From the IMG/VR virus record IMGVR_UViG_3300017589_000281, positions 1 to 35,515 of that record: a stretch of 35,515 nucleotides of DNA; one strand, 5' to 3'. Made by a program: the position numbers and the translations under genes. Below, piece after piece: positions 9,740 to 17,906 of this stretch (its first letter is position 1; each line of letters opens with the position of its first letter). This DNA comes from a virus. Taxonomy: Duplodnaviria > Caudoviricetes. The notes under the pieces were generated by a model. The model saw only the letters and a program-made list of their open reading frames with translations. It had not been told where the DNA came from and ran no database searches.

Positions 9740-10116
9740 TTCAACACCTCTTTCGGTATAGCCATGATTTTATTAATGTATTTTTGCTTGTTTTCCTCAA
9801 AAGGCTTCTCAAGGAATTTTGCTTCACCGCCCATAGGGTGATTGTATTCCAGTTCTTCGTGTTGCCTTAGCGCATATGGTAGGGAATAACCCACGGTTGC
9901 TTTAACCGAAAAAGGACTTACTGAAAGTCTAGCGTTGCAATTATTGCGCAAATCGCCAGTATCAACGGGGGCTAGTTTTGCACTTTTGCCAGCAAGGTCG
10001 AGCGCACAAGCACCGATAGCCTTTGCAGTTACGATAGGGTTGCGTTTTAATGCAAGGGACAACTGACTATTTAGTGCCTTATCGTCAAGCTTAATACTAA
10101 AACTATCTTTTGCCAC
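9736..10116 (-). CDS. HK97 gp10-like tail completion protein
   Basis: APVDTGDLR, YALRQHE, AKFLEKP motifs. Confidence 0.85.
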   Translation of the reverse strand: MAKDSFSIKLDDKALNSQLSLALKRNPIVTAKAIGACALDLAGKSAKLAPVDTGDLRNNCNARLSVSPFSVKATVGYSLPYALRQHEELEYNHPMGGEAKFLEKPFEENKQKYINKIMAIPKEVLK

Positions 10117-10401
10117 CTAAAACACCGCCTTATAGCCTATTGCGTTGCCGTTTAAGACGCCCCAAACCGATACAGCAACAACTAACCCATCACCGAGCAT
10201 ATCGCCCTCTGCAACCTTGTGCTTTGTGAAGTAAATATGTTGCGCTTTTATTAGTTGCCCCGTTGTGCTCAATACGTTTTGCGCCTTTGCTTGATACCTG
10301 CAGGGAATAATTTCGGCATCCGCATATATTGGTTGACCTCTATCATCTGTACCAGTCCTTGCTTTGTGTTCAACTGTTTGGTTCAGATAAGCGTTTAACA
10401 T
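10117..10401 (-). CDS. Head closure (stopper) protein
   Basis: Position; DDRGQP and IPCRY motifs. Confidence 0.7.
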   Translation of the reverse strand: MLNAYLNQTVEHKARTGTDDRGQPIYADAEIIPCRYQAKAQNVLSTTGQLIKAQHIYFTKHKVAEGDMLGDGLVVAVSVWGVLNGNAIGYKAVF

Positions 10402-10880
10402 ACGCTATAACCCCCGTTCAGATATGGAGCGATTAAACCCTTAACCTTTGGACAAGTCAACGGTAGAGGTTTGGTTACGCCCCCTCCATAGCTTTCAGAT
10501 AAATCACCAATAGAAAAGCTTTCTACCCCTTGCGTTTGCAGTTCTTGTCGCTGTGATTGTGAGGACTGTTTTTCCTCATCAGATAGCCACAAAGCCAGTT
10601 CAACCTGTGCCTGCTTAATGCAAAGAGGGGCGATTTCCTCTGTTTTGCCATATTGAAACGGTAAGCGAGGGAATGCTAGTTGCTGATCGGATGTTGCTTT
10701 TCTACCTTGCCAGGCAAGTGAATTTAGTTCATCACAAGCATTGTTTAAGAGGATTTCTTTGTCCTCGTTGCTGATTTCTCCCCATCTTTTTCGGTTGGGG
10801 TTATTACTTCGGTATCGACTGGAGATGTATTCGTCTGCATATTCTCTGTTGATATAGGAGTTTGTTCCGACTTCAAGCAT
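10395..10880 (-). CDS. Head-tail adaptor protein
   Basis: NSY..ADEY, QQLAFPR, IKQAQVELA, SFSIGDLSESY motifs. Confidence 0.8.
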   Translation of the reverse strand: MLEVGTNSYINREYADEYISSRYRSNNPNRKRWGEISNEDKEILLNNACDELNSLAWQGRKATSDQQLAFPRLPFQYGKTEEIAPLCIKQAQVELALWLSDEEKQSSQSQRQELQTQGVESFSIGDLSESYGGGVTKPLPLTCPKVKGLIAPYLNGGYSVC

Positions 10881-11035
10881 TCATCTTCACCCCCTATATT
10901 AATCATTTCCTCCCCATCTAGCTCTGGGATAGGCTCATGGTGTTCCTCCCAGGGTGGCATTAAAAAAGCAAGAGCCGACACATCACATGACGGCTCAACG
11001 ATTATCCCCGTTTGCTTATTTTGATATTTTGCCAT
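10745..11035 (-). CDS. Small hypothetical protein downstream of capsid gene
   Basis: ATG 2 nt after capsid stop with GGGGGA RBS; last 136 nt overlap the adaptor gene, so the C-terminal half is uncertain. Confidence 0.6.
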   Translation of the reverse strand: MAKYQNKQTGIIVEPSCDVSALAFLMPPWEEHHEPIPELDGEEMINIGGEDECLKSEQTPISTENMQTNTSPVDTEVITPTEKDGEKSATRTKKSS

Positions 11036-11037
11036 GA

Positions 11038-11880
11038 TTATTCCCCCAGTTTGAAAATTAGATCAGGTGTAAGCGCCTTAGCCCCATAATCGAAAAACAA
11101 TGCGCTTGCAAAATCATTTGATAGTGGAAGTTTCTCTGCTTCGCCATATTCGTTAGTTACAACAGGAAGTGCAACTGAACCGGTCGCCATTACTAGAGCC
11201 GATACACCTGCCGGAAGATTTAGCCCAGTGAAAACCTTAACACCGTGATACATTGAAAATTCTTCTGCTGCAGTGTCAACGTTTGAAGTTGGTAGGCTGT
11301 CTAGGTATTTGCGAATTTTGCTATAAAATGAAGGGGTTACAATTGCATTAATCATATTGCGAGGCACGCCCTGTACAAATTCGTTTTTAACGGTTTCAAG
11401 AGTGATAATAACTTCCTCTAGCTTGTCAGCCTCTGTCACAGCTTGCGCTGTTGGGGTTACAGCAGTGGCATTTGCCCCAGCAGTTGTAAAGAAGGCTGTA
11501 TCAAGTTCTGTTGCCATTGCATCAATGTGGTTAGGAGCACGTCTTGCCATGATTGAAGTTACCCCGAAAGTGTCAAGGTCGAACTTTGCAATCTCCTCAA
11601 CGATTTCTCTATGAACGTCAAGATTAACAACAACGGGTTTTGCCGTGATGGCATCACCTTTTTGCGCCGTTCTTGCTGTTCCGTATGCCTTTGATTGAGA
11701 GTTAGCGAAACGTTTAAACTCAACAGAGCCGACAGCAGGATTACCTGTGTATGCTTGTGATTTAAGCCCTGCTGAAAGTGTGTCCTTTTGAACGTTGTCA
11801 ATAACAATGCCATAGATTTCTTTTAGGTCTGCCTTTGTTCCTACTCCTTGAAGTAGTGATAGAGCTTTAGTTCTAGCCAT
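11038..11880 (-). CDS. Major capsid protein
   Basis: 280 aa after scaffold; HK97-fold-like pattern (A-x-VTP, GVKV, YGAKALTPDLI); GGAGG RBS. Confidence 0.88.
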   Translation of the reverse strand: MARTKALSLLQGVGTKADLKEIYGIVIDNVQKDTLSAGLKSQAYTGNPAVGSVEFKRFANSQSKAYGTARTAQKGDAITAKPVVVNLDVHREIVEEIAKFDLDTFGVTSIMARRAPNHIDAMATELDTAFFTTAGANATAVTPTAQAVTEADKLEEVIITLETVKNEFVQGVPRNMINAIVTPSFYSKIRKYLDSLPTSNVDTAAEEFSMYHGVKVFTGLNLPAGVSALVMATGSVALPVVTNEYGEAEKLPLSNDFASALFFDYGAKALTPDLIFKLGE

Positions 11881-11892
11881 AATTAATTCCTC

Positions 11893-12405
11893 CTAAAATA
11901 TTACCGTTCCAGATGGGAGCGGTGTTTTTGTGTTTGTTGATGGTGGTGGGTTCCCCCCAGCCCCTGGGATTTCGGTTTTTTGCTCTTGGAATGCCCATTT
12001 TTCACTTTCTTTGAGCGTTTTTAACTGCTCGTCAAGACCAACAAGGTTATCTCCGTCAAGACTAATTTTTGAACCGTCAAGCAATGCTTTAACTGCTTTT
12101 GAATTAACAGCACCCTCTTTGGCAAGTCTTGTTTCCAGGGCGTAATTAAGTTTAGTCGCTGACAAATCAGTATTATACTTAGTTTCTAATGCTGTTAAGT
12201 CACTTTTAAGCTTATCCACGTCCACGCCATCAAATTTCTTGACTGTGTCCTGCAGCTGTGTGATGGTCGCATTCGCTTTTGTAAGTTTATCGGTTTCGAC
12301 TGTGATTTTAGCCTGTTCGGCAGTGATATCCTTGCCGTTTTCTGCCATGATAAATTTGATTTGTTCGTCAGACAAACCCTGTGCCTTTAAATCTTCTGTT
12401 TTCAT
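11893..12405 (-). CDS. Capsid scaffolding protein (Phage GP20-like)
   Basis: LKAQGLSDEQI..IMAENGKDI, KAVKALLD, GLDEQLKTLKES..F motifs. Confidence 0.92.
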   Translation of the reverse strand: MKTEDLKAQGLSDEQIKFIMAENGKDITAEQAKITVETDKLTKANATITQLQDTVKKFDGVDVDKLKSDLTALETKYNTDLSATKLNYALETRLAKEGAVNSKAVKALLDGSKISLDGDNLVGLDEQLKTLKESEKWAFQEQKTEIPGAGGNPPPSTNTKTPLPSGTVIF

Positions 12406-12426
12406 AATAACCTTTCTTCACAACTA

Positions 12427-12532
12427 AGCGTTTTAGGTGGTTGCTATCACCTGTTGTCATGCTATGTTAGGATTGCATGATATCCAAATAGTAGGTGCAG
12501 AGTTTAAAGCCATACAGCACCCTTTTTGGGCA
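12427..12532 (-). ncRNA. Structured 5' leader of the scaffold gene with tandem predicted pseudoknots (GP20-RNA-motif-like)
   Basis: Interleaved complementary pairs AGGTG/CACCT with AGC/GCT; GGAT/ATCC with TCATGC/GCATGA; GCC/GGC with GGTGC/GCACC. Confidence 0.55.
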
Positions 12533-12557
12533 TAATAAAAGCACCTGTTTAGGTGCT
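12528..12557 (-). terminator. Intrinsic terminator upstream of scaffold leader
   Basis: AGCACCT-aaac-AGGTGCT then TTTATTAT. Confidence 0.7.
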
Positions 12558-12571
12558 AGTAAACTATATTA

Positions 12572-12611
12572 GGGCAGGAAAAAACCACCATCATTATTGA
12601 TAGGTGGTTTT
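12572..12611 (-). terminator. Intrinsic terminator after immunity-like gene
   Basis: AAAACCACC(t)ATCA...TGATGGTGGTTTTTT. Confidence 0.8.
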
Positions 12612-12777
12612 ATTGTAATACTTTTTCAATTTGATTTTGTTCTACAAGTATGTTATCCCATGTGTCCACTGAATCTCCCACATCAACGAAATATGGTCCA
12701 TCTGGTGTATCAGAAACTACTGTTCCAACGCGACCGTCTTTTAATAAAATGCGGTCATATTCTTTAATTATAAACAC
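12610..12777 (-). CDS. Putative immunity/antitoxin protein, 55 aa, DUF4926-like (missing from ORF track)
   Basis: MFIIKEYDRILLKDGRVGTVVSDTPDGPYFVDVGDSVDTWDNILVEQNQIEKVLQ; AAGGAG RBS overlapping upstream stop; acidic, SH3-like beta pattern. Confidence 0.8.
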   Translation of the reverse strand: MFIIKEYDRILLKDGRVGTVVSDTPDGPYFVDVGDSVDTWDNILVEQNQIEKVLQ

Positions 12778-12781
12778 AGTA

Positions 12782-14245
12782 TCACTCCTTTTTGTTATTT
12801 GGAAAGGCTGTCACAAATCTTGTTCTGACGTCTTTAATTTCCCAAGCGGTCATAATATCCATGGGATTCCCCTTTTTGCCGTAAACGACCATCGGAATAT
12901 TATAATACTCTCCATGTTCCGTTTGGCAATTAAATTTAGATGGGTTAAAATGCACCTTTTCTAAAATTTCTTGTTCAAACTCTTTCCAGTTGCTTATATT
13001 ATATCCTAAATGACTTTCAAATGCAACGCCTTTTGAAAGACCGTCTGAGCTAGTTCCACCAAAAAAATACTTAGTAAACTTAGGTTCTTCAATAAAAGCA
13101 TTACCCGCGTTAGGTAGCTTTAATTCTGGGCTATTAGCTAGTTTACTCCGGCGCTTATAATCAAGTAGAGTTTTATCCCATCCGTCTCCGCCCGCTTTTT
13201 TCATATTCCTAAAACTGTGAAAACTCTTAGGCGCATCCTCACCAAGCCTTGCCTTATATCGCTCATACTGGTATTTATCTTGTCTTACTTGTCGAGTTAG
13301 GACTTGCCCTTTGCTGTATAAGCCTTTTTCGTGGTCGCTTCTGGAATCTTCAAAAGGCTTGTTGCTTTCGGTTAATGCTTGGCTTAACTCTTCATCGGTT
13401 TGCAGTTCCTCAATAAAAGGCACTATTGAATGCCTACAATTTGGGTGAACATTGCGATAACCGCTTTTAAAAGCAGTTTCAAATAGAGAGGGGAAGCGCT
13501 TGTCTTTACCAGTTAGCGAATAAACTCTGCCTTGAAATTGTACACATTTATCACAGGTAGGATAATGGGTTGTCATTTTTACAAGGTCATATCCATTCTC
13601 TATTAACTGGTTTTCTCTTGCTAAGTTGCCTGCCTCTCTTGTTGTTGAACGTGCAACCATGCTAGCATAAGTATCAATCGGCACTTGATATGCGTTCTTA
13701 CCTTGCCCATATTGAACAGTCATAAACCCCTCGTTTTGCAAACGGTCAATAAGGTTGTTCCTCATATCCTGAACAGTGCTGCCTGAAGCAATCTTTTGTC
13801 CTGCGGTGCGAAGTCCTGCTTGCCTAAGCGCATCATCTCTTGCGTCGTCAATGTATCGGATTATCTGCCGACCTGCTTGTTCTAAACCCTGCCCGATATG
13901 AAACTGCATTTCGTTTGCGATTGAGTGAATGGCGTCATCATGGATTTGGGCAAATGCTTGTGGCTTTTTCATCTGCAAATTATTCTTTTTGAAATAGCCA
14001 TACAATTCATCAAGGGTGTTTTGATATTCCTTTGGTATTACTGAACGAACATAAAAAGCAGAATTCTTTTCCGTGCGTTTTAGCTGGGTTTCAAGCTGTT
14101 TTAGAATGGTATTATAATAAACTTTGGTTCCTACGCCACCACTATTGATAATGGTGTGAAGCACCTGGTCCCGAGCATCGCGAAGTAATTCAATGAGATT
14201 TTCAAGTTCTTGCTGTGTGGGATTAATCTTCCTCGCCATCTTCAA
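12782..14245 (-). CDS. MuF-type minor head protein with C-terminal toxin-like extension (DUF6883-like); likely start ATG 14239
   Basis: After portal; C-x2-C..QGRVYS and HPNCRH MuF motifs; extra ~112-aa domain LPNA..KFTKY..KG-x-AF..LGY..TAW..RFVTAF. Confidence 0.88.
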   Translation of the reverse strand: MKMARKINPTQQELENLIELLRDARDQVLHTIINSGGVGTKVYYNTILKQLETQLKRTEKNSAFYVRSVIPKEYQNTLDELYGYFKKNNLQMKKPQAFAQIHDDAIHSIANEMQFHIGQGLEQAGRQIIRYIDDARDDALRQAGLRTAGQKIASGSTVQDMRNNLIDRLQNEGFMTVQYGQGKNAYQVPIDTYASMVARSTTREAGNLARENQLIENGYDLVKMTTHYPTCDKCVQFQGRVYSLTGKDKRFPSLFETAFKSGYRNVHPNCRHSIVPFIEELQTDEELSQALTESNKPFEDSRSDHEKGLYSKGQVLTRQVRQDKYQYERYKARLGEDAPKSFHSFRNMKKAGGDGWDKTLLDYKRRSKLANSPELKLPNAGNAFIEEPKFTKYFFGGTSSDGLSKGVAFESHLGYNISNWKEFEQEILEKVHFNPSKFNCQTEHGEYYNIPMVVYGKKGNPMDIMTAWEIKDVRTRFVTAFPNNKKE

Positions 14246-15614
14246 TCAGCTCCTCGTCCTTATGGCTATCAACACTAGATAACATAACAGGCATTGAGTT
14301 TGCCTGTTCCTCTGCCATTTGTTCAAGCTCTGACTCTACCTGTTCATCGGATAACCCCATAGATTTAAGCGCTGAATATTGGCTCATAATAGCTTTGCCA
14401 CCTGTCGCATTTACAAGTCTGTTTGTTTCTTCGACCTCATCATTTGGCAGACCATCATTCCAAGTAATTTGCAAACCGTCATAATCAATAGGCATACCGT
14501 TTACTAAACCGAGTAAAGATATAATTTGCTTTACTGTTGCAGAGTTTAAACTTTTCAGCCTTGACGCTTTTATTCGCGGTGAAACCATTCGCAATTTTAA
14601 AGCTGTTCCACTAGAAGCAGAACCACCTCCACCCCCTTCCATGAAAGCTTGCCCCATTTCTGATAGCGTGTAAAGCTGGGCAAGAAGTGTTTCGATTTCT
14701 TTATATGCGCTATCCAAGTTTCCATCCCAAGTAATGTATTTAACGTCCGGGTCGTCTATTCCTGTTCGACTGAAATACTTACCTAAATCCAAATAGTATT
14801 TTTGAAAGCGGTCGTCATAGCTAAGCGCAGATTGTGGGCCACTCAAAGAAGGGTCGCTGTGTTTATCTAAGACAGTATCGATACAATGCAAACGCCACAT
14901 AATTTTTGCAACAATGCTATTTATAATCGAATAATCATCAATGCCGAATAAACTACTTGAATGCGTGACATTGGTCAAGACCTGAATAGCGAAGTCCTGC
15001 AAGCCGGTCTGCTCTACTTTGCTTTCTTTTAGTGCGCCTACCTCGGACGTATCATTATCCAGAACATATGTCCGCCATTCGACTTTGCCTATATTGTGTA
15101 TTTCAACATAAAGCTCCGTCATATTACCGCTGTTATCGGGCGTGATAGGGTAGGCAATAACGTGCTGAGCAATCGTTTTTAGGTCAGACTTATCAACAAT
15201 AGGGAACCAATATTGTGGGGAAACTGCGGTTAGTTTATTTCCGATTAGTTTAAGAACTGCGTTGCCATAGCGTGAAACATCAATGAAAGCCTCATAAAGC
15301 CTTGTATCAAAGCGCTGACGCTCTAATATTTTATTAAGCTCATCAGTGTCTTGCTCTGTTTCTAGTGTTGGGGGTTCTCCGCACACAAAGTCGGCTGTCT
15401 TTTTTGATAATAATTGCTGATAGTTGATAATGGTATCAACCTCATAGTTTTTCTTGCGTGTCTTTGATGCAATATTGCGAAACAGGTCTTTTAATGCGCT
15501 TGAGTGTTCTGATAAAAACAACTGTTCATGAAGTTTATATCTTTCTATGCGTTTCTTCTCGCTTGCAGGTGGGTAGCTTCCGCCATTATCAAGCCAGTTT
15601 AAATTAGTTAGCAA
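14223..15614 (-). CDS. Portal protein (SPP1 gp6-like)
   Basis: 463 aa after TerL; SSGTALK, ITWNDGLPND motifs; GGAGG RBS before TTG. Confidence 0.93.
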   Translation of the reverse strand: MLTNLNWLDNGGSYPPASEKKRIERYKLHEQLFLSEHSSALKDLFRNIASKTRKKNYEVDTIINYQQLLSKKTADFVCGEPPTLETEQDTDELNKILERQRFDTRLYEAFIDVSRYGNAVLKLIGNKLTAVSPQYWFPIVDKSDLKTIAQHVIAYPITPDNSGNMTELYVEIHNIGKVEWRTYVLDNDTSEVGALKESKVEQTGLQDFAIQVLTNVTHSSSLFGIDDYSIINSIVAKIMWRLHCIDTVLDKHSDPSLSGPQSALSYDDRFQKYYLDLGKYFSRTGIDDPDVKYITWDGNLDSAYKEIETLLAQLYTLSEMGQAFMEGGGGGSASSGTALKLRMVSPRIKASRLKSLNSATVKQIISLLGLVNGMPIDYDGLQITWNDGLPNDEVEETNRLVNATGGKAIMSQYSALKSMGLSDEQVESELEQMAEEQANSMPVMLSSVDSHKDEELIEDGEED

Positions 15615-15625
15615 TGTATTTCCTC

Positions 15626-16753
15626 CTAAATGTCAATGTCAATGAATTTTGCATGTGAATTCGTTATTATCGTATTAACGAAATACCGTATATCATCCAT
15701 TGCGTGATCGTTGTCTTTGATCGGCTTATCTTCTTTGGACTTGCTGTCCCATGAATAAACTTGAAACTCTTTTATAGCGTCTTTGCAACACGAATTAAAT
15801 AAAATACTACCCTTTTTCAATTGAGTTGCGACGTTTTGTATCCCGTTAAGCACATCGTTTTTAGCTTTTTGCACTTGGAATTTATTATGCTTGCGAATAC
15901 AAGCGATAAAACTAGCAGCAGAAGGGTCGATAACAACGGATGTTACTCTGCGATTACCTGCAAGCTTTACAAGTTCGTCATAGTATTCTTCATCTGTTTT
16001 TTGTGTGTTAGTTGTTGACATAGGATTTTGCGTGCCGTAATCGGCTGATATATAATATCTCGAATATGGTCGCTCTATTGGCTGTGTAACGTGATAAGCA
16101 GTATTGAACATTGGATATATTAAACCCTCTGCAATGGTCCATTTGCCAAGGATATAACGGTCATAATATACAGTGCCCTCATACTCTTTTTTAAGGTTAG
16201 CCACAAAGCCGGCGTCAAGGAAAGGGTTGTCATCAATGCAATATTGTTGATTATATATATCGGCATCACTGTCAAGGAAGGTTTTAAACCAATGAAATGG
16301 ACTGTCTGGGTTACACGTCCCGTCAAACTTGCTGTACGGTTTATCTAGCCTTGATTTAAGCATTTCAAACACTTCTTTATGCCAGGTAACAACCTCATCA
16401 CCATAACAATACTTAATGCTTGAACCCCTTAGCCTATCAACTTGATTCACCTTGTCTGCGCCCAGGCAGTAGCAACGTTCGCCGAACAACATAGCTGTAT
16501 TATCTGACTTGATATCGCTTACTAGAGCAGTTCCCCAAATATCCTGTAAAGGTTCGATTATGTTTCGTTGGAGCGTGCCTTTTGTGTTGCCAAGCAGAAC
16601 GATTAAGCCGTCTTGCCCAGCGATGCGCCGAATGCGTTTAGGGATAACATAATAATCCATATAGGTCTTGCCTGAACGTGTGGCGCCTTGTTTGATGTTC
16701 CAACGGCGTGTTGCATTATTAAAGAACTCTTGTTGCATTGGCGAAAAGGCCAT
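15626..16753 (-). CDS. terL: Terminase large subunit (PBSX-like), apparently with an internal deletion in the nuclease domain
   Basis: Walker A GATRSGKT, Walker B YCYGDE, TCNP, nuclease ADYG, DPSA, DHAMDD. Confidence 0.95.
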   Translation of the reverse strand: MAFSPMQQEFFNNATRRWNIKQGATRSGKTYMDYYVIPKRIRRIAGQDGLIVLLGNTKGTLQRNIIEPLQDIWGTALVSDIKSDNTAMLFGERCYCLGADKVNQVDRLRGSSIKYCYGDEVVTWHKEVFEMLKSRLDKPYSKFDGTCNPDSPFHWFKTFLDSDADIYNQQYCIDDNPFLDAGFVANLKKEYEGTVYYDRYILGKWTIAEGLIYPMFNTAYHVTQPIERPYSRYYISADYGTQNPMSTTNTQKTDEEYYDELVKLAGNRRVTSVVIDPSAASFIACIRKHNKFQVQKAKNDVLNGIQNVATQLKKGSILFNSCCKDAIKEFQVYSWDSKSKEDKPIKDNDHAMDDIRYFVNTIITNSHAKFIDIDI

Positions 16754-17304
16754 TATATATTACCCCCGATCTTGCTAAGAATATCATCCAGCTTATTAAG
16801 CTGTGCAGAGGTGTCCTCTTTATCTTTGAACATGCCTAAATGCTTGCCCAGTAGCTCTAGCGCTTTCATCTTATCGGCTGTTTTAATCTCAATACCATTC
16901 TTACCTTGCTTGATAGAGGCAATAGCAGGAAGCTTGTCCTTGTCAAGTTGCTCAGTTGGCGTTATGTCAACAAGTGCATACTTTTCCTCTTTACCTGTTG
17001 TTTCGTTCAAATATGCTTTTTCAACCACTTTAGCAAAGTCGGATCCATTAGCGAAAGCAACACTTGCAAGCTCTTTTAATACCATATCTTGTGTGATTTT
17101 AGTGCGTTGTTGCATTTCCTGTTGCTTACTGGCTATATAAGCTTGAACCTTAGCAATTCTTAGCGTTCTGCTACTGTTTACGTTAGCCGTTTCATCTTTC
17201 TTGCAAGACTTATAAACAGCCTTATATGCTCTTGTGCCGTTAAGGTCAATTAGATACTCATTACAGAACTGTTGTTGCTTCGGGGTTAGGGTTGTTTTCG
17301 ACAT
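16753..17304 (-). CDS. terS: Terminase small subunit
   Basis: LTPKQQQFCNEYLIDLNGTRAY; DKMKALELLGKHLGMF. Confidence 0.95.
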   Translation of the reverse strand: MSKTTLTPKQQQFCNEYLIDLNGTRAYKAVYKSCKKDETANVNSSRTLRIAKVQAYIASKQQEMQQRTKITQDMVLKELASVAFANGSDFAKVVEKAYLNETTGKEEKYALVDITPTEQLDKDKLPAIASIKQGKNGIEIKTADKMKALELLGKHLGMFKDKEDTSAQLNKLDDILSKIGGNI

Positions 17305-17337
17305 TTCACCACCTCACTTGTTTTGATTTTTGGGAAT

Positions 17338-17376
17338 GGGTATAAGAAAACAGCCACCGGTTAAGATGACTGTTTT
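17338..17376 (-). terminator. Intrinsic terminator after hypothetical moron
   Basis: AAAACAGTCATC..GGTGGCTGTTTT then CTTATACCC. Confidence 0.75.
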
Positions 17377-17386
17377 GGATAAAATT

Positions 17387-17704
17387 TTAAATTTCGGTTG
17401 TTAGAACTTCTTGCCACATTTTAATTGCATTATCGCACATTGTTATGTTTGACCCTGTTTGTTTAATTGACATGTTTAAGTCCTCTAAATCTTTGACTGT
17501 AATAAGTCTTTCGTCTTTGGGAATAAGAAGTTTTGCGCTTTCGAGTATCTGCATTGGATTTAAATCTTGGTTGTCTTTTTTCCATTTGTTAATTTGATTC
17601 AAAATCATCAATTTAACTTGTAGTTCTTCTTTTTCTTTACCCGCATAGTCAATAATGTTACCTATTTTCTCTTGCATCATACCTTTTATGTTCATGTTAA
17701 CCAT
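17387..17704 (-). CDS. Moron, hypothetical protein
   Basis: AT-rich helical ORF with its own promoter and terminator. Confidence 0.75.
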   Translation of the reverse strand: MVNMNIKGMMQEKIGNIIDYAGKEKEELQVKLMILNQINKWKKDNQDLNPMQILESAKLLIPKDERLITVKDLEDLNMSIKQTGSNITMCDNAIKMWQEVLTTEI

Positions 17705-17725
17705 CTCCTAATATTATTTGCCCTT

Positions 17726-17754
17726 ATATTACCACTATTTATTCCACAAGTCAA
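17726..17754 (-). promoter_or_regulatory. SigmaA-type promoter of hypothetical moron
   Basis: TTGACT-17 nt-TAATAT with extended -10 TG. Confidence 0.75.
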
Positions 17755-17825
17755 CAATTATTTACAAAGATGTTGTTTGTCTGTTTATAAGTTAAAACAT
17801 TCTTAGCTTTGATTGATGTGGAAAT

Positions 17826-17858
17826 GAGTATGAGAAAACCACCCGAGTTGGGTGGTTT
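17826..17858 (-). terminator. Intrinsic terminator after fic
   Basis: AAACCACCC..GGGTGGTTTT then CTCATACTC. Confidence 0.8.
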
Positions 17859-17906
17859 GTGGGTTGTTGTTACACTTCTTCGATAGGTTCCTCAGGAACT
17901 GTTGTT

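Noticed and set aside
11030-11050. Possible capsid read-through by -1 slip at G GGG GAA into the next ORF
   Set aside because: Not an X XXY YYZ heptamer; the G-run is explained as the downstream RBS
12650-12964. Plus-strand 104-aa ORF
   Set aside because: Antisense shadow of the MuF C-terminus and the immunity-like gene; no RBS
17870-17906. Coding-like remnant (TTVPEEPIEEV-stop) between fic and its terminator
   Set aside because: Too short to support as a pseudogene
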